Source: Gemmatimonadales bacterium (GTDB lineage Bacteria > Gemmatimonadota > Gemmatimonadetes > Gemmatimonadales > GWC2-71-9). Taken from it: a DNA stretch of 64,000 nt. The notes beneath the pieces are model-generated. The model saw only the letters and a list, made by a program, of their open reading frames with translations. It did no database searches and had not been told where the DNA came from. The position numbers and the translations under genes were made by a program. Location: the NCBI GenBank assembly GCA_036559745.1, contig DATBSO010000184.1:14023-78022 (forward strand), written 5' to 3'. Of this stretch, positions 1-8,009 are shown one piece after another (position 1 is the stretch's first letter; each line of letters opens with the position of its first letter).

Positions 1-258
1 TTCTCACTCCTCAAGGTCGGCTACTCCGGCGGCGACTTGTCGCTCACGTCGAGCTTCATTCAGCTCAATGGCGGAGGCGGCCTGCTGTTCCGGCTGAACT
101 CGAGGGTCAACATGGACCTGGGAGCGACCTTCGGTTACAACAGGCTGGGGGATGGAACGAAGACCAGCAAGTCGGGCGGGGGCTCGGTTTCGGTGGAGTC
201 CGCCTCCGGCTCGAACGTCGTTCTTCGTCTTGGTCTGGCGATCGGCCTCGCCGGGTAA
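1..258 (+). CDS. Outer-membrane beta-barrel protein, C-terminal fragment (5' end outside window)
   Basis: Frame 1 is open from base 1 to TAA at 256-258. The tail ...MDLGATFGYNRLGDG...SNVVLRLGLAIGLAG has an alternating hydrophobic/polar beta-strand pattern with Gly/Ser loops. Family-level guess only. Confidence 0.4.
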   Translation, partial: FSLLKVGYSGGDLSLTSSFIQLNGGGGLLFRLNSRVNMDLGATFGYNRLGDGTKTSKSGGGSVSVESASGSNVVLRLGLAIGLAG

Positions 259-266
259 CCGCGGCG

Positions 267-3200
267 TCAGAGTTCCGGAGTGCCGATGATGCGGCAGCTG
301 GAGAGTTCCCAGCGATCGGCGTTCCTGACGAACTCGGTCCGGAAGACCGGCTGGCTCTTGAGGCGGCCGCCAAAGGCGTCTTTCCAGGTCAACCGGAAGC
401 TGAACTCCATTGCCGCAGCCTCGGGTCCGATCTGCCGAAGACCGTCCATCCGGTCTCCGACCTCAGCCGACCACTCCCGGGTCCGCAGAATACTGGTCAG
501 CTTCTTCAGTTTGTCCCGGTCCGCGCGGGTCGAAGGACGGTACAGCTCAGTCAGCCGGGCCACGTCGTGGGCCTTGAGGGCCGAGTAACACTGGGCGACC
601 CCGGCCAGCACTGTCGCTTCGATCCGCTGGCGATCAGGTGATGGCTGCCGTCCTGGCGCCACCTGGACACCCACGGTGTCCGTCGTCCCATCGGACGTCG
701 CGGTGATCTCGGCGGCGCCGGGCGAGCGCGCCATGAGCGTCCCGGTTACGGCGTCGACCGTGGCCACGGCCGGGTTGCTGCTGGACCAGACCACCCGTCG
801 TCCGCTGATCCCCGCGCCGCTTCCGTCCTTCATGTCGGCCGATAAGCCGAGGGTCTCGCCCACGATCAGCGGTCGGGCGCCGAGGATTCGCAGCTCCACC
901 GCCGCATCAGGAACGGCCGCTTCAGGAGGGATCTCCGCCACGCTCTGGTCCCGGGCGACCGCGGAGTCCGAGACGGTGCTGTCCCGTCCCGCCGAGAGAC
1001 CCGCGGGCCGGTTTCCCGCGCTGTCCTGCCGCCCGGCGACTGGCACGACCACTCGAGCGGGACCCAACCTTCGGCCGGTACGCGGCGTGAGGATCACCGA
1101 GGCAACCTCAGCGTCGCCCTCTCCCGCTGCGACCGAACCGCTCGGCTCGGCCGGCGCCTCGGCGACGGTGATCTGGGCCTGAGGGACGGACGGGGGACGG
1201 GATCGCCCGAGGAACCAGGCCGTTCCCGCGATCAGGATGGTACCAATCGCGGCCGCGAGAACTCTCTCGCGGCGAATCCGTCTCGACCTCTTGAGCTTGA
1301 TGCGACGAGGCTCCGTGGTGACGCCGGCGGCGGCCGTCTCCGCCTGAGGCGCCGCCGGCTCCGCCACACTGACCCGGACTGACTCGCTCACTCCTTCACA
1401 GCTGGCGGTCAGCACGACCGAGCCGGGGTGCAAAGTCTTCACCCGGCCCTCCGCGGTCGGCACCGCCACCTGCGCATCGCTGCTGCTCCAGCGGACCCTG
1501 CGGCCCTGCAGCGGACTTCCCCACCGATCTACGGGCGTCGCGACGACGTCGAACGACCTGCCCGCCGGTACGGTCGTCGGCCGCTCCGCTACGTGAATCG
1601 CCGCGACGCGCGCCGGCAGAACCGGAATGACCAGCTGCGCCCGCGCGTTGTCCAGGAGCGCAGTGATCCGGGTGAACCCGGGCGCCCGCGCGACAAGCTC
1701 GCCGTCCGCGGTAACCGCCGCGATCGATGCGTCGTCGGACTGCCAGCTCACGAGTCGATCGATCGGCTGGCCGTGCTTGTCCCGCACGACGACTTCGAGC
1801 CGGATCTCTTCTCCCACCGCCACACCGTGATCGAGCGGTGCGATCGCGATCTCGTCGGCCCTCGCCTGAGAGACTTCGACCCGAAGAATCGCCTGGACTC
1901 CCTTGCAGCTCGCGATCAGGAGCGTCGTCCCGACCCCCACCGCGACCGCCTCGCCTCCGCTCCCGGCGAAGCGGAGGATATCGGGGACATCACAGCTCCA
2001 CGTCACGTCGTTCGGCGGGAGACAGACTCCGTCACGCCCACGAACGGTGGCAACGAGCACGAAGCTGTCGCCGACCTCGAGACCCGCGGGGGGCGGCAGA
2101 ATGGAGATGGTGCTGACGACGGTCCCGGTGGCCGCTCCACCGGGAGGCCGGGTTCGCGGAGCGGGACTGGTGGGAGTCGGGTCCGCGGCGGCGGCGGCGA
2201 GACTCGTTGACGCCACGAGCCGGCTCAACTCTCCCCGTAGCGAATCGTCTTCGGTGAGCGGCAAGGCTCCGAGCGCCGCCATGGCGTCGGCAATACGAGG
2301 CCACCGGTCCGCGGGATCCTTGGCCAGCATGCGTAGGACGGCCGCCTCGACCTCGGGCGGACAGCCGGCGGCCAGATCTCGAATCGGCGGCGGCGGCTCC
2401 TCGACGTGCGCCTGCATCACGGTAAGGGTGGACCCGCCGAAGGGTGGCGCTCCCGTCAGCATCTCGTACGCCACGGCCCCCAACGAATACTGGTCCGAGG
2501 CGCCGGAGATCTCGGCGCCACGGCACTGCTCCGGACTCATGTATGCCGGCGTGCCGACCAGCGCTCCGGTCAGCGTGCGGGATGGAGTCTGCGCCGCCTT
2601 GGCGATGCCGAAGTCGGTCACGACGGCGTTGCCGTCGCCATCGATGAGGATATTCGCCGGCTTGATGTCCCGGTGAATCACTCGGCACCGGTGGGCGTAG
2701 GTCAGCGCCGAGCCAACCTGAAACAGGATGGACTGGACGACCGGAACGGGAAGCGGGCCACTCCGCTCGATCACCTGCTCGAGCGACCTTCCTTGCACGT
2801 ACTGCATCACAAAGAAGTGAAGTCCTTCGGCCTGCCTCACCGAATAGACCGAGACGATGCTGGGATGATGGAGATGTGCGATGGTGACGGCTTCGTGACG
2901 GAACCGTTCGATCATCCCATCGTCGAGCAGGAGGCCCGGTGACATCACTTTGATGGCGACCTTGCGGGCGAGCGAGATCTCGTGTGCCAGAAAGACCGCC
3001 GCCATGCCGCCGCGTCCGAGCTCCCGTCCGAGCTCGAACTCTCCCAGCGTCGCGAGGCGCAGCCGCTCGACCATGTCGGCCCAGGGAGACGGCGCATCGA
3101 TCGGTTGGAGGGAAAGCGGGTCGGACGGGACGACGGGCTCAGCAGGCGTGCCGCACTCGGGACACGACTGATCCTGCGGAAGAAGCGACTCGCCGCAATT

Positions 3201-3296
3201 GGAGCAGGCGAGCAACTCTGCTCCGCACTGGCCGCAGAAGCGATCGCCGCGTCCGAGACCACCGCCGCAGTGAGCACATGTGAGAGTCGCGGTCAT
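267..3296 (-). CDS. Ser/Thr protein kinase with N-terminal double zinc ribbon, Big_2-like Ig repeats, one TM helix and C-terminal NTF2/SnoaL-like domain
   Basis: 1009-aa ORF. Cys pairs CAHCGG..CGQCG and CSNCG..CPECG. Hanks motifs GRGGMAAV, VAIK, HRDIKPANIL, DFG, SPE. Four Big_2-like repeats (..VTWSCD.., ..VSWQSDDASIAAV.., ..VRWSSSDAQVAV.., ..VVWSSSNPAVATV..). Single hydrophobic helix VLAAAIGTILIAGTAWFLG preceded by RRIKLKRSRRIRRER. Confidence 0.9.
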   Translation of the reverse strand: MTATLTCAHCGGGLGRGDRFCGQCGAELLACSNCGESLLPQDQSCPECGTPAEPVVPSDPLSLQPIDAPSPWADMVERLRLATLGEFELGRELGRGGMAAVFLAHEISLARKVAIKVMSPGLLLDDGMIERFRHEAVTIAHLHHPSIVSVYSVRQAEGLHFFVMQYVQGRSLEQVIERSGPLPVPVVQSILFQVGSALTYAHRCRVIHRDIKPANILIDGDGNAVVTDFGIAKAAQTPSRTLTGALVGTPAYMSPEQCRGAEISGASDQYSLGAVAYEMLTGAPPFGGSTLTVMQAHVEEPPPPIRDLAAGCPPEVEAAVLRMLAKDPADRWPRIADAMAALGALPLTEDDSLRGELSRLVASTSLAAAAADPTPTSPAPRTRPPGGAATGTVVSTISILPPPAGLEVGDSFVLVATVRGRDGVCLPPNDVTWSCDVPDILRFAGSGGEAVAVGVGTTLLIASCKGVQAILRVEVSQARADEIAIAPLDHGVAVGEEIRLEVVVRDKHGQPIDRLVSWQSDDASIAAVTADGELVARAPGFTRITALLDNARAQLVIPVLPARVAAIHVAERPTTVPAGRSFDVVATPVDRWGSPLQGRRVRWSSSDAQVAVPTAEGRVKTLHPGSVVLTASCEGVSESVRVSVAEPAAPQAETAAAGVTTEPRRIKLKRSRRIRRERVLAAAIGTILIAGTAWFLGRSRPPSVPQAQITVAEAPAEPSGSVAAGEGDAEVASVILTPRTGRRLGPARVVVPVAGRQDSAGNRPAGLSAGRDSTVSDSAVARDQSVAEIPPEAAVPDAAVELRILGARPLIVGETLGLSADMKDGSGAGISGRRVVWSSSNPAVATVDAVTGTLMARSPGAAEITATSDGTTDTVGVQVAPGRQPSPDRQRIEATVLAGVAQCYSALKAHDVARLTELYRPSTRADRDKLKKLTSILRTREWSAEVGDRMDGLRQIGPEAAAMEFSFRLTWKDAFGGRLKSQPVFRTEFVRNADRWELSSCRIIGTPEL

Positions 3297-3560
3297 CGAG
3301 CCGCCGGAGGGAATGCGGGCAAGGTACTCCCGAAATATTGGAGTCCGGCGGGCGGGGACGCAAATACGCTTGAGAACGGCTTGACATGGAACCGTAGCAT
3401 GGGGGCAACGCCCCGAAGCACGCGAACCTCTGCCGAGGATATTTCCGGTGCCGTCTTCAGCATCTAAGAATCAGTCGATCAACGAGTTAGGTGATGCCGC
3501 CAAACGACGCGCCTTTCTCGATGCCTGTTTCTCGACCCCGCTCCTTACTCCCACGCCCTC

Positions 3561-3578
3561 GGCCGGGGCAGGCCGGCC
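3561..3578 (-). terminator. GC hairpin at the 3' end of the PilZ gene (possible intrinsic terminator, no U-tract)
   Basis: GGCCGG (3561-3566) pairs with CCGGCC (3573-3578) with a 6-nt loop. It abuts the TAG stop (3578-3580, minus strand). Confidence 0.25.
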
Positions 3579-4192
3579 TAGGACGATGACGGTGACCGCG
3601 CCCCTGGGAAGAACCGGTGGCGAAGCAGCTCCACCAGCTCAGGAGGAAGACCCGGCGCTTCGAGCGCGATCGCGACCTCCTGGCCCATGCGCCGAATGAC
3701 CCGGCCGCGAATTTCGATCGTCGTGTCGGCATCGAGCCGGACTGCTCCCGCGATGACCTCACCCACGGTGGGCATGCGCTCATTGATCCCCACCTGATAT
3801 CGGAGACCGCCGACACTCACGTCGCGCAGGGGAGAGGACGCGTCGAACGTCACCGGCACCGGGAGACGCGGTGCGCCACGCCGTTCACGGCTGCTCTGGA
3901 GAAGGACCGTCCTCTCCGCCATGATGTCGTCTTCCGACGGCCAGGCCGTACCAACCGACGCGATGGCGAGCCCCGACCTGTCGATCCTGACGATCCGCCC
4001 GGCGATGGGCTGCCGGCCACTCGACCGCAGCTGAACCTCGCCCACCACCGGGCGGTTCAGATCCCACACCCGGCCGGGCGGGGCGGGCTCGATTCGTAAT
4101 CCCCCTGCACTGATGTCCCGCACCGCGCAACGCAATCCATCGAACTCGAGGAGCGCCGGCGCCGTCCGGCGGTATTCCGCCCGGGCCGTCAT
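3578..4192 (-). CDS. Tandem PilZ-domain protein (putative c-di-GMP receptor)
   Basis: ATG at 4192 is Met125 of the 3578..4564 ORF. The upstream part is Arg/Gly-rich and runs into the preceding gene, which ends at 4225. Two PilZ-like modules: ..RDISAGGLRI.. and RERRGAPR...RDVSVGGLRY (RxxxR / DxSxxG motifs). The first module lacks a clean RxxxR. Confidence 0.7.
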   Translation of the reverse strand: MTARAEYRRTAPALLEFDGLRCAVRDISAGGLRIEPAPPGRVWDLNRPVVGEVQLRSSGRQPIAGRIVRIDRSGLAIASVGTAWPSEDDIMAERTVLLQSSRERRGAPRLPVPVTFDASSPLRDVSVGGLRYQVGINERMPTVGEVIAGAVRLDADTTIEIRGRVIRRMGQEVAIALEAPGLPPELVELLRHRFFPGARSPSSS

Positions 4193-4224
4193 GCGCCGGT
4201 CGAGCCCTCCGGACCACCGGCGAC

Positions 4225-5943
4225 TCACTGCCCTCGCCCCGCCATCGCCGCGGCGGCACGCGGATCTCGAGCCTCGCCCAGGATCTGGTGCACCACCGCG
4301 ACCGCCATGCTTCCGTCTCCCACGCCCGCCGAGCATCGCTTGATCGAGCCGTGTCGCACGTCGCCGGCGGCGAGCACCCCGGGGATACTCGTCTCGAGCA
4401 TGAAAGGATCGCGCTCGAGCGGCCACGTGCCCGCCGCGCGTTCGCGCAACAGATCCATCACGTCCCGGCCGGTGCAGATGAAACCCCACTCGTCGCGGAT
4501 CAGACTTTGAGGCAGCCAATCGGTTTCCGCTCGCGCCCCGATGAAGATGAAGAGGCCGTGACAATCACGACGCTGCACCGCACGGGACGGCCCACGCGCC
4601 ACCTCGATCGCCTGCAGGGTCGTGTCGCCCACGAGCCTCACGCACTCAGCGTGGTACTCGATGGAGACGTTTTTCTTCTTCTCGAGTTGTTCGACCAGGT
4701 ACTGCGACATGCTCGCCGCAAGGGTCCGCCCACGGACGAGCATCGTGACTGTCTCCGCATAGTCCGATAAGCGCATCGCCGCCTGTCCGGCGGAGTTGCC
4801 GCCGCCGACCAGGCACACATCCTTGCCCTGGAACCTCCGTGCTTCCGCACTCCCGGCGCCGTAATACACTCCCTTGCCCGTCAGCTGTTCGATCCCCTCC
4901 ATCTCGAGCTTTCGCCACTCGACGCCGGTCGCCAGGATGACCGCCCGCGCCTCGACGGTGGTGCCACCATCAAGGACGACCGTATGTGAGACTCCCGATG
5001 ACGGATCACCCGGGTCGAGTCGCTCGACCGAGCGTGCCACGACCAGCTCCGCGCCGAATTTCGTCGCCTGGCGACAAGCCCGGTCGCTCAATTCCTCACC
5101 GCTCAGCCCGGCGGGAAAGCCGAGATAGTTCTCGATGCGCGATGAGGTCCCCGCCTGGCCACCGAAAGCCGTTCGCTCGATCAGCAGCGTGCGGAGACCC
5201 TCGGAAGCACCGTACACCGCCGCTCCCAGCCCTGCGGGACCGCCCCCGACGATGACCACGTCGTAGGCATCGGGCTTCGGCTCGGTCTGCAGGCCGAGCG
5301 CGTCAGCCGCCTGGCGGTATGTCGGTTTCTCGAATCGGTGCTTTCGCTTCTTGTCGTGCTCGTCCGGCACCTCGAGGATCGGCGGCGCGAACGTCGTGCC
5401 TTCATGAGCGCCATCGAGCTCGTTCCACTCGAACGGAATGTGATTGAGCGAAAGAAACTTCCTCAGGTCGTAGCAGTCGGGGTCGAGGCGATGACCCGTG
5501 ACGATCGCCGAGCACTGCGGGGTCTCGACGGTCAGCTTTCGCAGCCGGCTCACCCGGTCGAGCATCGTCTTCGAGATCTCGCCACCCAGGACGCGACACT
5601 CGGTCACGAGGCTGTGAAAGTCCTTCGGCTCGAGACGCATCAACCGTGACGGCGCGGTCGCCTGCAGGCTGGCCAAGGCGGGCGCGCCGAGCATCAGCGG
5701 CACCTCCCCGAAATAGTCGCCAGGCCCGTAGCTGCTGATCTTGAGGTCGCGCCCGCCCACCGATTTGAACACGTCGATCCCGCCTTCGAGCAGGCCATAG
5801 AACGCGGCCGCCTGGCCTTCGACAAGCAACCACTCGCCAGGATCGAGGCGGACGTCCGCGGCGCACTCCGCGATGGATTTGCGCTCGCTCGCCGGAACAG
5901 CGGCGAAGAGGGAAATGTTGGTGAGATCTTCGGCGGTAATCAT
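4225..5943 (-). CDS. Cyclic-nucleotide-binding-like domain fused to thioredoxin-reductase-like FAD/NAD(P) oxidoreductase (no CxxC)
   Basis: ATG at 5943 is preceded by GGAGAA. N-terminal cNMP-binding-like fold (..GDYFGEVPLMLG..). Then VVIVGGGPAGLGAAVYG (FAD site), VCLVGGGNSAGQAA (NAD(P)H site) and GVLAAGDV. The position of the TrxB CATC redox motif reads GAGS. Confidence 0.85.
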   Translation of the reverse strand: MITAEDLTNISLFAAVPASERKSIAECAADVRLDPGEWLLVEGQAAAFYGLLEGGIDVFKSVGGRDLKISSYGPGDYFGEVPLMLGAPALASLQATAPSRLMRLEPKDFHSLVTECRVLGGEISKTMLDRVSRLRKLTVETPQCSAIVTGHRLDPDCYDLRKFLSLNHIPFEWNELDGAHEGTTFAPPILEVPDEHDKKRKHRFEKPTYRQAADALGLQTEPKPDAYDVVIVGGGPAGLGAAVYGASEGLRTLLIERTAFGGQAGTSSRIENYLGFPAGLSGEELSDRACRQATKFGAELVVARSVERLDPGDPSSGVSHTVVLDGGTTVEARAVILATGVEWRKLEMEGIEQLTGKGVYYGAGSAEARRFQGKDVCLVGGGNSAGQAAMRLSDYAETVTMLVRGRTLAASMSQYLVEQLEKKKNVSIEYHAECVRLVGDTTLQAIEVARGPSRAVQRRDCHGLFIFIGARAETDWLPQSLIRDEWGFICTGRDVMDLLRERAAGTWPLERDPFMLETSIPGVLAAGDVRHGSIKRCSAGVGDGSMAVAVVHQILGEARDPRAAAAMAGRGQ

Positions 5944-6054
5944 CGTTCGGCTCTTTTCTCCGTCGGGGAAAACGTTGCTGCTGGATGATAGCCGAAGGCG
6001 CAATCCGGCGTGTGAGGCATGTCACTGTCCGTGGTCCCGGCCGGGGGGCAGGTT

Positions 6055-6064
6055 GGCAATTGCC
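6055..6064. promoter_or_regulatory. Perfect 10-bp palindrome GGCAATTGCC in the divergent TrxR-like / TetR intergenic region (candidate operator)
   Basis: Self-complementary decamer read directly from the sequence. It lies between divergently transcribed genes, one of which is a TetR repressor. Function is inferred. Confidence 0.25.
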
Positions 6065-6177
6065 TCTTTGGTGGCCTTGCGGCCGGACGCTGCGGCCTTA
6101 TTATTTGGCCGCTCAAATACTTTGGTCGCGCCGCCCAAAGACCCCGGCGGCGTTTTGGTCTCTATCGGAGTAATGGA

Positions 6178-6870
6178 TTGACCGTCAACAAGTTAGCTGA
6201 AACGACCCACGAGATCGAACGGGTGCCCAAGTGGCAACGGCGCCCCGACGAACGGCGCGCCGAGATCCTCGACGGTGCCGTGCTCGCCTTCGGGAGGAAC
6301 GGCTACAAGCGGGCGACCCTCGCGCACGTCGCCGAGCACGCCGGCGTATGCCCGGGCACGGTGTCGCACTACTTCGGATCCAAGGGCAGGCTCTTCGAGG
6401 AGATGATCGCCGAGCGGCTGATGGCCTTCGTGGAAACGGAGGAGGCGAGTCTCGCCAACCACCAGGGCCCGATGCGTGACCTCCTGACGCAGCTTCTTCG
6501 CCGTCTGTGGGAGCACGCGTGGCGGCCCGGCATGCTCGAGCTGATGCGGGTCGTGAAAGTCGAGAGCGCCGAGTTCCCGGAATCCGGCCGGCTGCTCTGC
6601 CTGCAATTGGGTGACCGGTGGCGCCGCATCTTCGGCGACATCCTCACCGCCGGCATGAAGGGCGGCGAATTCAGGCAGATGGATGTGGACGTGGCCGCGC
6701 GCACGATCAGCTACGCGCTCGTGGGTGTTGCCGAGAAGGTGTCGGCGTTTCGCTCCTACGACGAGCGCATGCCGCCCCGCGAGGCGATGTGGCAGGCGAT
6801 TCGGGACATGGTGGACCGCTTCGTTCTGGTGACGCCGTCCCGGGAAAACAGACAAGGAGATGCCGAGTGA
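6178..6870 (+). CDS. TetR/AcrR-family transcriptional regulator
   Basis: TTG at 6178 has GGAG (6167-6170) 7 nt upstream; alternative start is GTG 6223. HTH ..YKRATLAHVAEHAGVCPGTVSHYFGSKGRLF is typical of TetR_N. The stop overlaps the next gene's start (GTGA). Confidence 0.8.
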   Translation: MTVNKLAETTHEIERVPKWQRRPDERRAEILDGAVLAFGRNGYKRATLAHVAEHAGVCPGTVSHYFGSKGRLFEEMIAERLMAFVETEEASLANHQGPMRDLLTQLLRRLWEHAWRPGMLELMRVVKVESAEFPESGRLLCLQLGDRWRRIFGDILTAGMKGGEFRQMDVDVAARTISYALVGVAEKVSAFRSYDERMPPREAMWQAIRDMVDRFVLVTPSRENRQGDAE

Positions 6871-8009
6871 GGCAGACGAAACGGGCGCGCGGCCGCGCGT
6901 CGATCGCCGCGACGGTCGTGACCGTCGCGCTTGCTGGTGGGTGCGGGAAGCCTCCCGCGCCGCAGGCACCGCCGCCGCCCGAAGTCGGTGTCGTCCAGGT
7001 GGAACCGCACCGTGTCCCCACTTCCTTCGAGTTTACCGGTGAGGTGGTCCCGTACCGGCGGGTCGAGGTGCGTTCGCGAGTGGAGGGCGTGATCGAGCAG
7101 CGGCCGTTTATCGAGGGAGCCACTGTGAAGCCCGGTCAGGTTCTCTACCGGATCGACCCGATCCGTCCGGAGGCGGCGTACCGGAGCGCGCTGGCGCGGT
7201 ACTCGAACGCCAAGCGAACCCTCGATCGGCTGCAGCCGCTGCTGGCGCAGAACGCCGTCGCCCAGCAGGACGTGGACAACGCCCAGGCGGACATGGAAGA
7301 GGCCGAGGGCGATCTCGCCGAGGCGAAGAAGAACGTGGATGACGCCGTCGTGCGGGCGGAGATCGGCGGTCGCGTAGGCCGCACCAATCTGGAAGTCGGC
7401 GCGCGGGTGACGGGCACCGACGATCTCCTGACCACCATCGACGTGCTCGATCCGTCGTACGTGAGCTTCCGCCCCTCCGCGCAGCAACTGCTCACCTGGA
7501 AGCAGGATCAGGATGCGCGGAAGCTGATACAGGCCGGAAGTCCGCTCCGCGTGCAGGTCACGTTGCCCGATGGCTCGACCCTACCGCAGAGCGGCACGCT
7601 CGATTTCGTCGCGCCCTCGCTCGATGCGGAAACCGGTACCCAGGAGTTCCGGGCCCTGTTCCGCAACCCGGATCGTCTGCTCGTGCCGGGGCAGTTCGTG
7701 CGGGTGCGGCTCACCGGATTCACCCGCGACAGCGCGCTGGCGATTCCGCAGCGCGCGATGCAGCAGGCGCTCGGGCGGCAATACGTCTACGTGGTCGGTA
7801 AGGGCGACACCGTCGTGACCCGCGATGTGGAGCCGGGCCCTTGGAGCGGGAATCTCTGGATCATCAACAAGGGCCTCAATCCCGGTGAGCGGGTGGTGGT
7901 GGACGGCACGCAAAAAGCCACCGCCGGCCGGCCGGTGCACCCGGTTCCGGCGTCGGATAGCATCACCGCTTCCCCGGAGGAAACGGCGAGGTTGGGAGCA
8001 TCGAAATGA
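6867..8009 (+). CDS. RND efflux periplasmic adaptor (membrane fusion protein), lipoprotein
   Basis: GTG 6867 overlaps the TetR stop, with AAGGAGA at 6855-6861. Lipobox LAGGC. Coiled-coil hairpin ..NAKRTLDRLQPLLAQNAVAQQDVDNAQADMEEAEGDLAEAKKN.. and HlyD/AcrA-like barrel region. Confidence 0.9.
   Translation: MRQTKRARGRASIAATVVTVALAGGCGKPPAPQAPPPPEVGVVQVEPHRVPTSFEFTGEVVPYRRVEVRSRVEGVIEQRPFIEGATVKPGQVLYRIDPIRPEAAYRSALARYSNAKRTLDRLQPLLAQNAVAQQDVDNAQADMEEAEGDLAEAKKNVDDAVVRAEIGGRVGRTNLEVGARVTGTDDLLTTIDVLDPSYVSFRPSAQQLLTWKQDQDARKLIQAGSPLRVQVTLPDGSTLPQSGTLDFVAPSLDAETGTQEFRALFRNPDRLLVPGQFVRVRLTGFTRDSALAIPQRAMQQALGRQYVYVVGKGDTVVTRDVEPGPWSGNLWIINKGLNPGERVVVDGTQKATAGRPVHPVPASDSITASPEETARLGASK

Noticed and set aside
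3381-3386. TTGACA -35-like hexamers (here and at 37334-37339)
   Set aside because: There is no convincing -10 element at 16-19 nt spacing. The 3381 site also points away from any plus-strand gene. Promoter consensus for this lineage is unknown to me.
3448-3699. 83-aa plus-strand ORF in the kinase / PilZ intergenic region
   Set aside because: It overlaps the 3' end of the PilZ gene, has low-complexity Ala/Pro/Arg composition, and has no SD or family signal.
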